Source: Chrysomallon squamiferum (lineage: Eukaryota; Animalia; Mollusca). From it: a stretch of DNA of 64,000 nucleotides. The DNA is taken from contig CM022669.1 in assembly GCA_012295275.1 (NCBI GenBank), positions 15,686,001 through 15,750,000 of the forward strand, read 5' to 3'. A program made the position numbers and the translations under genes. The notes beneath the pieces were generated by a model, which saw nothing but the letters and a program-made list of their open reading frames with translations, did no database searches and was not told the DNA's origin. Shown piece by piece: positions 1 through 13,802 of the stretch. Every line of letters starts with the position of its first letter. The stretch's first letter is position 1.

Positions 1-93
1 GGACCATTTGCCTGAGATAACGATAAACAGAATGTGGGTTCGATTCCTTTCAGGAAAAATCTTCTTTTTTTTTTTTTTTTTTTTACTTTTTTC

Positions 94-124
<31 letters not shown>

Positions 125-150
125 ATTATAATATTATTTTGTTTGTTTGT

Positions 151-213
<63 letters not shown>

Positions 214-539
214 TTTTCTTTCTTATGTATTTAAATTCTGTCCACTTTTGTATCTTTATTTTTACCTCCATTTTTGTTTCCACCCAGCAATTATACATCT
301 ATGACTTGAAGAACAATTATGTACAGTGTAATATTTTGAATTTTAAAATGTCAATCACAAATATACGTTATTTTACTTGATTATTCGTCCATTTTTCTTT
401 TCCCTCTCCATTTTTTATTTATTTTTACTTTATATTTATAAAAGAAAACAAGAAATTCAGTAGATATAATACCATATAATCATTTCACCTATTGTTTTTT
501 GTTCTGTAATCAGATTCCTAATATATAAATATATATAAA

Positions 540-594
<55 letters not shown>

Positions 595-1727
595 TTATTT
601 ATTTATAGATATAGATATATAGATATGTAAACAAATGATTAAACAGAACATCAAGTTTGAACTGTATATTTTATGCAGTTTTCTGTTGCGTGATTAGTAG
701 TATTTAAAAACGAATTTAAAAGAAGGAAGTAAAAAAAGTAGTAAAAAAAGAAAAGAAAAAAAGAAAAGAAAAGAAAAACATAATCAAGTGAATCATTTAC
801 CGCGTCAATCAAGACTTAATATCTTCCGAGACATCTTTCATTCTTACACGTTTTTGTTAATCGCTGAGAAATGCACATTCGAAATCAACGGAGCTCACTG
901 TGTCTGTTTTCTCCGCTAACGAACGTTTTAAATTCCATTGTAATTATTGAAAAACAATTTTTAAAAAAAAAAAAATCACAACAACGACTGGATACTTAAA
1001 CGACACCGTCGTCGCACACCTATGTTAATCCTCAACAAAAGAGCGAAGCAGATGCAACGTAATTTTAATGTATTCGTCAAGTACATTGATTTTCGGTGTT
1101 GTTGTTCGACATGTAAGTTCAGTTCGTTCGGTTTGTTGCCATTAAAGCGACTCATTATCTACGATTACTGTCAGATCACTTTATTATAGATATGCTTTTC
1201 AGAGATTGTTTTCGTTGTATAGATATTCATACCCATTTATGATGTCTAGATTCCTGATATTATGATATATATATATATATATATATATGTATAAAGAAAA
1301 GATAAGCAAATGGTGTAATTATGATTAAATACTAAAATGAATCAATAATAATGTATTAATTAATCTGTAATAATAAGGGTGATAACAACAACAACAACAA
1401 CAACAATAATAATGATGATGATGATGATTATAACGATAATAATACTAATAATAACAATAATAATCTATACCGAAAATAAAAACAAAGTTCAAAGAACAGT
1501 AATAAGAAAAAAAAAAAAAAAAAAATATAATCCTGTTCACGATTATAATAATAATAACAATACAATACACTACAAAACTAAAATGACAACAGCATCACGA
1601 TATACAAAAAAAAACCCCATACATCACAATTAAGGAACGGACAAAACTAAAACTAAGACAATACAAATCTCCTTTACGAAATTAACTGAACATTTTGTGA
1701 ATAACCATCAATTCCCGTCTCACTCAC

Positions 1728-1836
1728 CTGACTGCATAGTAAATATTGTGAAAGTGCTCGTAAGAATCCACATGGAATCTGAAGAAGGGTCTCTGAATCC
1801 ACACACGAGATCACTGGATGAAGTGTTGCATTCCAT
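1728..1836 (-). CDS. Amt: Ammonium transporter (Amt family, invertebrate amt-3-like), first coding exon copy B: MECNTSSSDLVCGFRDPSSDSMWILTSTFTIFTMQS-G
   Basis: Manual translation (not in the ORF track). ATG at 1836, 109 nt (36 codons + 1), donor TCAG|GTGAGT. WILTSxFxxFTMQSG is the TM1 signature of animal Amt proteins. The remaining exons presumably lie left of the window. Confidence 0.85.
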
Positions 1837-2893
1837 GTTATGATCAATTTTCCATAGGCAGGTGCGAAAATAAATCAATCTATATCAGGTAGATACGATC
1901 ATCAAATTGTCTAACGAGAAATGGTCACGAAGGTGGTTTGCTACGAAAATACACCTTCCGCCTTTGATATTTACTTATTCAAACTGGACATTATTATTTG
2001 TTTGTGTGTGGGTTTTATTTTTTTCCTGTTTTGTAGAAATGTTATCCTGGACGACTGTGTCGGTGGGTGGTATTTTTTATTTTTTATTTTTTTTTTTTTA
2101 TTATTTTTTTTATTCTTTGTTTTCAAAGTATGTAGATAATCGTAGCAAAGTAAAGCAGATCACAATTGGTTGCCTGAAGAGAGAGTGAGAGCTTCATATT
2201 TCCTTTGTAATGGACGTTTGATCGATATAATTAATTCAGACAATCATTATCAAGTAAGTCACGACACAACAAAATTGACTGGGAGAAGTAAAAAAAAAAA
2301 ATGTACGTATCTCATTAAGGTTTTATTTTAAAGAGCATTTTCATCTTTAATTGTGACAGAGATTTAAATCGATTTCCAACTGCAAGAAAAAAAAAAAGAA
2401 AAAAAAAAGTACAAATAAAAAGAGAAAAACAAAATGTCTTGAGATGCTGAGTTATACGTTCAACTTTTCACTCAAAGTTAGTTTAGTTGTTTCTTTTCTT
2501 TTTTTGTGTGATTCTTTAGTTTTGTTGAGTAGTCATTGAAGTAATTTAGAATCACTACAAGGTTAACGGCATCCACAAAGATGATACTATACAATATTTG
2601 CAGGACCAACGTACTTTTAAAACATCCTCATAAAAAAAAAGAAAAAAAAGAAACACGTTGCATAATTCATTTTCAAACAGTTAAGCTGGATTCATTTAAT
2701 GTTATTTTTGTTGGAAAATAAATTTTTAACTAACGTTTAACATATTTTCACGAAAGTTTATGTTCTGCACTTCATCAAATACGCAAACCAATTTACCTAG
2801 ATGCGTATTAATCCTTTCTCAAAACGTAATTAACTAAACAACTTTTGAACAACAAATATAAATTGGTTATCAGTTATTCTGCTATTCACAATT

Positions 2894-3183
2894 CATGGCC
2901 GTAACAAGACTCTTTTTGAAATGAGGCAAAAACTGATGTCTTTGAAGTCGGTTGTGTCTTTCATCTCAACGATATCGGTACAGTTTGAACGGTAACCGTA
3001 GAGATTAACAAATTCATTCAGTGGATATCGTTTCTATCGGAATAGAGATTTATATTTTACATTTAAAAAAAAATAAAATCTATGTATAAAAAAAACGATC
3101 AAATATACAAAAATTAAAAATAAAAATAGTCAGTTTCAGTATGAGGCATTTGCCTCATTTGCCTCAGTGTAGTTACGGCCAAG
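2894..3183. mobile_element. Non-autonomous DNA transposon (MITE), 290 bp
   Basis: Termini CATGGCCGTAAC and GTTACGGCCAAG form an 11/12 inverted match. CAATT flanks both ends (2889-2893 and 3184-3188). Subterminal TGAGGCA/TGCCTCA motifs. No ORF. Confidence 0.7.
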
Positions 3184-4006
3184 CAATTAAAACTAAAACA
3201 CTTTTAATATCGTGTCTAGTTTCAATATTTCCAAAACCATAAAAGAATAGACCGTGTTTATTAATCTAAACGAAAGTATGGTTATGAATGTGATAGTTTT
3301 TGTTATAATGGTGATAATCAGGTCGTCATTTTTCTTTTACTTCTGCATTGATTCCAGTTAATGTATATTCTGTATATAATAATAATTTTTTTTTTTTTTT
3401 TTTTTTTTAAATCAGAAATTTATACCTTTTCTTACAATTAAATAGTCACTACTTTTAGCACGAAACCAGAATGTACTCGTAAATTCCTCTCCACGAAACT
3501 ACGCTCCGACTTCCCGTGAAATAGTAGCAAGAGTTTTAATTTCGAAAACCTGTTGTTTTTGTTTTTTTTTTTATATATATATCTATATAGAATACGTAGA
3601 AAAGATCTTATACAATTGTAAAAAACTCTATGTATGATAGCAACGATAATATCAACAACAAAGTGAACAGAACCTTCTCAAACACGAATATGAGTGAAAT
3701 CAGTTTTGTCAATAAACTCGTAAAACAAAATGACCATGTAATCTTTTCTTAGTTATCCTATTAACAGAACTTCTGCGTCATCACTTACTTACGTGCGATG
3801 GTCTAGACAGATTTATGTGTGGGTCGTTTTAAGAAAAATTAGAGTTAGGTAACACAAAATTTGAAACGTTAATACTGCCATGTATCACGTTTTCCCTGAA
3901 GGTGTGGTGTACTTGAAAATAAAATAAAATAATTTATAATAAAATATAATAAAATAAGATAAAATAAAATAAAATAAAATAAAATAAAATAAAATGAAAT
4001 ATATCG

Positions 4007-4846
4007 TAAAGCAAAGAAGAAGAACTAAATAAAAAAATACATACACATTAAATGAATGAGGTTAAGAAAATCTGAAACAATTTGTTAAACATTTTCACTT
4101 TCTTTTGCTTATCACGAGAGTCTTAGTTAACTAAAATAAAAAAAAAAAAAAAAAAAAAAAAATAAAAAAAAAAAAAAAAAAACCCCGTGAATTGCAATTT
4201 CGTGATTACTCAGTGTGTGGAATTTTGAAAGTAAATATCGAAACTACGATAGCAATAGGAAACCTGAAAAAACAATGCTGTATAATATTTCTTCAGTTTT
4301 TTGTCTTTCTCCTTGTGTTCGTTATTAAAACTGTCTTTTATTGTTTTCCTTCCCTTTTTTTTTTTTTTTTTTTTTTTTGCACAGGATAAAGCACTCCCAG
4401 AAAAATTAAATAAACAACGACTAAAAAAAAAAAAAAACACATTAAAAACAAAAACAGAAAAACACGAAAAACCTCACAAAAGACTGACTGAACTTGAATC
4501 ATCGATAAGTAAACGAAAATCGCTACATTTTTATATACATAGCAATAGAGAAAAAAGGGAAAACAATAGTACGATAGGAAATATGATTTCTATTAAGCTT
4601 AAGATAGAAAAAAAAGAAAGAAATAAAAAACAGAAAAAAAAAAAGAGGAAACACGAGGAAAAATGTATTAATTTATATAATAGCTACATTAATAAAACCT
4701 ACATTTGCGATGATATAGTTATAGCGATAAAGAGAAAAAATAAAATAAAAATAAAATAAAAAAGTAGAAAAGCTAAAGCAAAGAAGAACTAAATATGAAA
4801 ATGCATACAGGTAGCACACAGTAAACGGATGAGGTTAAGAAAATCA
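4007..4846 (+). repeat. Diverged dispersed direct repeat of ~65-70 bp (about 4007-4071 and 4774-4844)
   Basis: Both copies read TAAAGCAAAGAAGAA..CTAAATA...ATGAGGTTAAGAAAATC and both follow AAAAT-rich tracts. Confidence 0.6.
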
Positions 4847-7159
4847 GGTAACTGACAGCGCATTTCGAAATTACACGAATCACTCATATAACAGACAACA
4901 CTATTTTGTGAATAACAAAAATAATGCAGTTTTTACATGATGTTTAACCATCTTTTTTCAGTTTGAGTATATAATATTTTTAAATATTCTTGTTATGTTT
5001 TCTTTTGAATTTTTCTTTATATACCTATCTATCCACGTACATATATGCATACGTGCATATTTAAGTACGTATATAGATAGATAAATTACGCACATGTATG
5101 CATAAATATATGCTTATGTACACACATACATACATCTTTACACAAATACACACATATTTACACAAATACACACATACAGCTGTTATTTCCCATCTACCTA
5201 GCAATCTGCATATACGTTTATGAGTATTTGTGTTCTAGCATATCTATACGTGGGTATGTTTGTCAGCCTTTATTTCTTCTTTTTCTTCTTCTTCTTCTTC
5301 TTCTTCCTCTTCATCTAATTACTTAATCGATGCAGACAGGCAGGAAGAGAATATATTTCAAAACATAAAATTGCATTGTTCTGGCGACCGCATCTGAGGA
5401 CATATGTGAAGATAACGTAGAGTGTTGCTTCTGTCTTAAGTGGTTTGTCCTGCAGTCTCTTAACTCGTTAATGCAAACTGAGAGACTAAACATAGATAAA
5501 ACGAATGCTGAATTTTGAAGAAACATCGTGCTGCATTAGCATTCACAAAAAGAAATGAAAACATATAATTCATATTTTTCTAATCGATTTGCAATAGGTG
5601 AATCAACCGTTATTATTGGTACATTATTTAAAGAAAAGTAAAAAGTAGTATGGTAGTGTTTTTAATAGTAGTAGTAGTAGTCGTAGTAGTAGTAGTAGTA
5701 GTAGTAGTAGTAATAGCTGCATTAGTAAAATGTAACACACACATACACACACAGACATACATATTATATACATCAAGCATGAATACCTTGTCCTTAAATC
5801 ATGATTCATATAATGTATGTATGTATGTATGTATGTATCTAAGTATGTATGTATGTATGTATGTGTGTATGTATGTATGTGTTTGTTTTTCTGTACGAAA
5901 TGACATCAGGCTAAACTAATCTGTCATTCTTTTTCAAATCGTCACGAAGTTATTTCATTATTGCCATACTTTATTTTTTTAGCATAGAATGGTGACTAAG
6001 AACAAGTAACCCAATGAATGAAACTGTCCTGAATGTCTGTTTATTCGTACTGCTAGGGGTGCACTTTAAGAGTACAACACTATATTCCTGTTTTCTCGAC
6101 AACACGTGATGCTAATGACCTCATAATGGATTGTAACCTTTCTTTACTGACCGGTCGTTTTCGAAATGGAATACAGTCTGCGTGCCGTCTACGACTAATA
6201 ATAAAGCCATTTCTTTTACAGCGTTCGCAAAGAACTCTGTGACACATGCGCACTCATCGATGTTGTAAGTAAACGTTGTCAGAACGAGAGATAACAGAAC
6301 GAACGAAGAAGAAGAAACAAAATAACAGATACAAACGAAGGCAATAAAAACAAGCTATAGGACAAAGCTACTTGTTTACCCAAGAAGGGGCTAAAATATA
6401 AATGAAGGCAAAACGAAGGAAGACTAATGTAATTAACGTCTTGTTGTCGAAACCTCATTTCGATGCGGAGTTCAGACAACTGTTAAGTCAGTTGTTTAAC
6501 GTACGATATCTACCTACCAATCACATGATTAGCGATAAAGATACGATAATGGTAATAATAAGGAAGATTATTAAAGAGATCTTCTTTATCAAGTTATTGA
6601 AAAATGGAATGGTCATTAGCTTAAGTGGTTCGTCCTTGCGTGTTTACAAAGAGAGAGAGAGAGAGAAAAAAAGAGGGAAACAAGTGCCGCGTATATGAGG
6701 GACAGTTTACCATAGATCAATGTTGATTATTATTTTTCTAAAGACGAAATGTACTGCATGAACGTATACAATTTTATTACTTTGTATACGCGCACGTACA
6801 CACATACACACACACTCACTTATATGCGTATATCAGTCTACCATTTAATATTTCTCTGTTTTTATCTATATATGTCTGTTTGCGTCTGTATGTACATAAA
6901 TGCACATACAAATATATAAACATACATATATACATACATATTTATTATTATTATTATTACTATTATTATTATTATTATTGTTATTATTATTATTATTATT
7001 TAACGTTATTTATAACGAACATTGTCAAGAAAATGTAAAAGTGAACACGACAGCGAATAATTCTAATATACAATTTGTGTTGTGTATTTTATATACCTTA
7101 AAACTTGTTATAACGTTAAATAATGAAGATTATAAATGTTGAAAGTAATAATAATAATG

Positions 7160-7199
<40 letters not shown>

Positions 7200-7344
7200 A
7201 AGTACCCGTAGTAGTAATAGTAATAGTAGAAGTAGTATTGTTATTATTACGACCATCGTTATCATCATCTTAATCATTATGGTACGAAGTTTGGTAATAG
7301 ATGTAATTGAATTCACTACAAATATCTGTATTGCTTTGAATTAA

Positions 7345-7501
<157 letters not shown>

Positions 7502-7511
7502 ACATATTTGA

Positions 7512-7542
<31 letters not shown>

Positions 7543-8229
7543 TGTATATACGTAAGTATGTATGTCTGAATATAGGAATTCAAATCAAACAACACACACA
7601 CACACACACACACATACATATATAATTATACATATCATGGTTTAAGACATTATTATCGAAATCTAACTGTTAGATGACTAACAAGGAATTCTAAATACCG
7701 TTTGGTAGGTAAGTGCATTTGACGGTGGCCTTCTAAATGCAGTTTGATACATCAAAGGCCCTAGTGATTATCTTGAAGCATACAACACACAAATCACCTA
7801 ATTAAGAACGTTCCGTCACATTAAATTCTCTGCAAAATCGTCTCTGTTCACGCGTTATGACCGTCAATTGGCGGAAATTAACATCGGATACAGCTTAAAG
7901 TGAACGACAAAACACACTGGATGGTTCTTTGGTTAAGTCACCTGTTTCAAGCCACCCTGGTAGTGGGATCGCTTCTATGTGCCGACTTCATTCGAGTGTT
8001 ATGGATAATATATTTGATAATATATCTCTGTAGAGTGTCGTTAATATATTATTGGACACAATGTCTGTGTCAGGCACGGCAGATACTAAAGTTGTTTCCT
8101 TGATGACCTGAGGATGCTTTGTGATGACGTAAATGATTGTACAATTATTTACGTCACTGAAAAGCATTCTGAGGTCCTCAACATAATAAATGTATCTAAC
8201 ACATTTTGTTTCTTTTCTTATTTTTCTAA

Positions 8230-8249
8230 ACAACAACAACAACAACAAC

Positions 8250-8300
<51 letters not shown>

Positions 8301-8304
8301 GATG

Positions 8305-8375
<71 letters not shown>
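8230..8375. repeat. Compound (AAC)n(AAT)n followed by (ATT)n, giving a self-complementary microsatellite pair
   Basis: Direct reading. Confidence 0.9.
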
Positions 8376-8376
<1 letters not shown>

Positions 8377-8684
8377 TTAGAAACTTATTGTAAAATTATT
8401 CGACAGAAGTAATGAGTCATCTTTATCATTATTTCATGTTGGATTAGATTACAGTTATTACCACAGAGTAAAGAACTGATAATATTGGAATTGTTACATT
8501 TGTTCTATCTATGCTAAACGCTCTTGCAGTGCTCAAAGCTAGCCAGCTAATCTTTGCTGATTTCTGAAAGTGTATCCCAACTGGGACAACCCGGTCTTTT
8601 GCAAATTTTTGTCCTTCTAGAATTCTTTCGCCAAGAGAAGGTGCATACTTAATTTGTTAATACAAGAACAAGTTAAACAGCAGC

Positions 8685-8726
<42 letters not shown>

Positions 8727-9164
8727 AACAACAATAACAACAACGATAGTAATAGTAATAGTAATAATAATACAAAATAAAAAACTAAACAGATGATCCA
8801 AAAGGTACAGTCACGGATTCCTCACCAGTAATACCGAATGTTTATCAGGTTTCCATTTTAATAATTGGTTAATGTTCCTGTATGTGGAAAATATTGATTT
8901 GCCTGGACATACTGCTAAAAGCATCGTATTTCTTTTATTAGAATTTTTATGATTAATATTCAGTTTTTAATGTAAGTTGGTTGAATGTCGGAAAGGTAAC
9001 AAGCAATAGCCGCATTAATAGCAGTAGGAGTTGAAGAATGACTAAAAAAAGTGATTGTTGTTGCAGCATCAATAAAAATTAATATGTTGCTCACGAGATA
9101 AATGCTTTTACTAAATTAGTCACAACAATGGTTTTGATTGTGGCTTGATGTTGTTTTTGTCATT

Positions 9165-9166
<2 letters not shown>

Positions 9167-9220
<54 letters not shown>

Positions 9221-9490
9221 TGATGATGATGATGATGATGATGATAATGATAAAAATAGTACTACTACTATTACTAATAATAGTAGTAGTAGAAATAATA
9301 ATAATAATAATAGTAAAAATCATAATAATAATGATAATGATAATAATAATGATGATGATGATGATGATGATAATAATGATGATAATAGTGACAATAATAG
9401 TAATAATAACACTAATTATTATTATGATGATAATGATTATGATAACAATAATAATGATCTCATCATCATACATCAACAACAACAACAACA
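9167..9490. repeat. Compound trinucleotide tract (AAT/GAT/AGT/AAC)
   Basis: Direct reading. It is the source of the poly-I/N/M ORFs. Confidence 0.9.
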
Positions 9491-9961
9491 TATATATTGT
9501 TGAGAAGCTATTATTGACATACTTATTATAAATCATTTATTTATTTACTAAATCTTTTAAAAACTTGAATAAGGTGAATAAAAGAAAACAAAAATGAACA
9601 ATATAGATGATGGATTTTGGAAGAAAGAACCAGTGAAAAAAAACAAAGAAAGAACTAGCGAATGAAAGAAGGAAATATGCTGAAAAAACAACAGCATAAA
9701 AAACAAAAATAAAAAAAGAAATAAATTTTTTTAATTTTTTTTTAAAGGAATAAAATAAAATAAAAATAATTAAAAAACCCCAGAAATAATAGACTAAAGA
9801 GAGTAAAAGAGAAAAGAGAGTGAAGCGGGAGAAATAATAATACAGAAAAAATTAAAAAAAAAAGAGGAATAATAAAGAAAAAGAACAACAGAAAAATGAA
9901 AAGAAAAAAGGAAAGAGAAAACGAAAAACACGAAGCAATAAACATATAACTGAAAAAAAAG

Positions 9962-9999
<38 letters not shown>

Positions 10000-10076
10000 T
10001 GAAAAAAGAAAAAAAAAAGATAAAAGAAAAAAAAAAAAAAAAAAAATGAACGTAAAGGAATGGATAACAAACTTAC

Positions 10077-10236
10077 CTGACTGCATCGTGAAAACGACGA
10101 AGGCGCTGGTAAGAATCCATGTGGCATCGTCGTGATTATTGATGCGGTAGTTCTTACCCTGCGTCGAAATCGTCGTCGCAACTGACGACGTCGGAAGCAT
10201 GGAGGTGATGATGTCACTGGAATTGATGACAACCAT
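10077..10236 (-). CDS. Amt: Ammonium transporter (Amt family), first coding exon copy A: MVVINSSDIITSMLPTSSVATTISTQGKNYRINNHDDATWILTSAFVVFTMQS-G
   Basis: 5' part of ORF 9742..10245. ATG at 10236, 160 nt (53 codons + 1), donor TCAG|GTAAGT. DDATWILTSAFxxFTMQSG matches the invertebrate Amt TM1 motif. A possible acceptor TTATTCCAG| would start the exon at 10271. Confidence 0.9.
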
Positions 10237-10563
10237 AATTCCCAAAACTTTCTCTTCTCCTTCTTTTGGACCTGGAATAATTATCCAAGGTGTGTGTGTG
10301 AGTGTGGAGGGAAAAACTGTCTAAGAAAGTGGACCAATCTTCTGTCGACTTGTTAAATGTGAAGTTGTGTTGTCTCTCCTAGGACAGATAGCTGTTATTA
10401 GTGAAATCGTAAAAAGCTTCCGACAGCAATTGGAAAGCAATCATATCTTCGGAGATTGGTAAGGAGATTGGTTTCGTCCGCGATATACAGTTAGTTAGTA
10501 AGTTCGTTCGCGGATGAAGTGAAGGTTTGTTTGCTGAATTTAGTCGGTTAGTATGGTAGTGTC

Positions 10564-10594
<31 letters not shown>

Positions 10595-11044
10595 GAAGTT
10601 ATAATATATAAATTTGTCAGTGAACCTCTTTGTCAGTTTGTCTGTCTGTCTGTCTGACTGTCTTTCTCTTTGTCAGTCACATGTCTGTCTGATTCTTTCC
10701 TTGTATCTATCCTTCGCATATATAATCGGCTGGATTGACGATAGAGTTTTAACATTTTTACATCATTATTAACTTATAATGACATCATCATTTCTACTGC
10801 TACTAGCAGCTTTCAGTGCTAATATTTTTGCTTTTACTACCAATTACAGTTAACAGTGGAGGAATGGGTAGACTGGTTTATCGAATTAGTGAGGGCAGTA
10901 GTTTTTATTAGTTTAACAACAGCCATTACGACGACTACTACTGTTACTACTGCTATGACTATAACGATGACAGTTGTATTACATTCGCTATTTTTTTTTT
11001 TTTATTATTATTATTATTTTTATCTATTTTATTATTATTATTAC

Positions 11045-11080
<36 letters not shown>

Positions 11081-12174
11081 TGTCTTGATTATTAATATTG
11101 TTATTATTATCATTATTATTATTATTATTGTTGTTGTTGTTGTGTTTGTTGTTGTTTATATGGATTTTTCTATTAAAAAATATTAATTTATAATTTTTAA
11201 ATATTGTTTTTATTGTTTATTTCACTTCTGCTATCAAATAACGATTCTGTATCGTATCCATTAGCATTGTAGTATTAACACCTGTAACAAAGCACAATAT
11301 TAGTTTTGATACAATATGTTTCAAATACTATTTCACATCAGCCTTTCATTACCTTGTCATATATTAGCCCCTGATTAACTGAAATCCACAAATACATTTT
11401 ATTTCCCGCATTAATTACTGCTTCATTTAGATCAAGTGGGGCAAGAGTTAAAATAATATTTAATATATATATATATTCGTTCGAAAATGCAATCACATTT
11501 TATTATAACATAATTTCTGAATTGATAAATCTGATAATATAACTTTGTCGGTGCTCAGTTAAAGATAATTACATTATTTAAATTTCGTTTTCCCTGTGAT
11601 TTTTGTTGTTATGTAAGAGAAACCAGAAATGATGAGAAAGAGCCATATCGAACAAAGGCCTGTCTGGTGTTCAGAAATATTATGTGGTAGTTATATATTT
11701 TTAATTTTTTATTATTATTATTTTTTTATATATATAATCTGAACAGACAGAATAATTAATTTTTTAAAACATATTGTAGGAAAGCAAACCAAACTCGACA
11801 AATCGAAACAGCAATCAATATATCCATAGTAATGGTGTAAGGTGTATCATATATATATATATATATATATATATCTATAAAAACACACACACACAATACA
11901 CACACAACACACATACGCACACACACATACACACACACACACATATATATATATGTACATATATATCTATCTTCTATCTTTCTATCTAGATATCGAAATA
12001 TTTATGATTTATAAACAATATTTTATTTATTCTTGGTCCGTAGATACCAAAGTTATAAATAAAATGAAGATGAATAAGGCTTATACGCAGCTAGCAAATC
12101 GAGAGATAAATTTATTTTTCTGATTTCCATTATTGGCATGATTTATTTATTTGATTATTGTTCTTGTTATTTGT

Positions 12175-12246
<72 letters not shown>

Positions 12247-12812
12247 TTATAATCCATTTGGTCTTCTTTACAATATTATTTTATTTAGTTCTGATTTTTT
12301 CGTAAACTGTATTTTGATTTATAGAATATCTTAATCGAACGTTTTGTGGTGAACCGCTTTCTGTTAAGTACATAAAAAGACTCATTCATTACGATATAGT
12401 TTTTTTCAAAATGTACTGAAAATACTGATTATACAATAAAAAACGACAATACACAATTAATGACATTGCAGGGTCAGATGTGGGTGGGTTTTTGTATCTG
12501 CGCCCACAGTCGATTGTTATCGTGTAGACAATTTCTAGCAGACTAATATTGGAAACCATTCACCTACAATTACCTTAATAGATTTCACATTGATCCGTCG
12601 ATACTCCAACACGCATGCACGCACACACACACATACACACAGACACAGAGGCATAAATATAAGATAGCAGTTAAGATTAATAGATAGATAGATAGATAGA
12701 TTCACACTTATGTAGAGCATACATACATACACAAACACAGACACATATATAAGAGAGAGAGAGACAGAGAGAGAGAGAGGGAGAGAGAAGAGAGACTGAC
12801 AGACAGAGAGAT

Positions 12813-12819
<7 letters not shown>

Positions 12820-12892
<73 letters not shown>
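12820..12892. repeat. (AG)n microsatellite
   Basis: Direct reading. Confidence 0.95.
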
Positions 12893-12894
<2 letters not shown>

Positions 12895-13771
12895 CGAACT
12901 TACCTTAAAAGGTACCAATACCCTGTATTAGAATGTGTATGTTAAAATTTAAGATCATCCCGTTTCTAATACTGCGGACTATCACTTTTTCAGTTAACCA
13001 GTCACTGTCTAATAACAACAGTCGGCGAATGGTTTTACTGTCTGTGCCACGAATCAATTCTATCCATCCTGTCGATAGATCAGTTCACTGACTTTATATT
13101 AATCATAATGCAAATTAAGGAATAATATTAACGGAAGAATTTTTTTTATATATATATATATATAGATGATTAAAAAAGCTATATTTCTATCGATGTTTAT
13201 TTCAGTATGAATTACAGTACAGTTAAGGTTTAAAGCCGATTTCGAAGCTTTTTGGTGCATTTCGTTTATTCAATTAGGAGCGATAATGGCTTGTCCAGAA
13301 AGTATGTACGACCGTATAATTATGTTGAAATTGTTTTGCAGTCATTATGTGCTGAGAATCTTCAGAGTGACAGACCTCCATGCATTTGGCATCTTTATAA
13401 AGGTAAACATGCTGGTACTGAATATTTTTTTATTAGTTTTGATTTAGTATATCCCAATCACATATACTTTAGCAGAAAATGTATGTATGTAAGTAGGTAG
13501 GTAGGTAGGTAGGTAGGTATGTAGGTAGGTAGGTAGGTAGGTAGGTAGGTAGGTAGGTAGCTATGTACGACATTTTGATAAATATCGACAGAGTTATTAG
13601 TTATAGGTTACAGGGAAATAAAACAGATGCTGTGAACTCAGATTTCGTATCAAGTTACAAGACGGGTGCAAATAAATTAATTGAAGTCAACGACGACAGC
13701 TGCAACAGCAGTAACAGCGACACGAATAATCATAGGTGGAAGAAATACTCATAGTATAATAATAATAATCA

Positions 13772-13802
<31 letters not shown>

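Noticed and set aside
36-47. GGTTCGATTCC B-box-like motif (tRNA/SINE)
   Set aside because: No cloverleaf or full T-stem can be formed, and it is truncated by the window edge.
5323-5526. ORF starting MFLQNSAFVLSM, faintly like a third Amt TM1 exon
   Set aside because: It lacks WIL and MQSG and has no matching donor.
7942-7956. Possible micro-exon encoding GWLETG, resembling Amt GFGLLESG
   Set aside because: Two residues too short, with a poor acceptor tract, so it is likely coincidental. It is worth re-checking with RNA-seq because it bears on the main finding.
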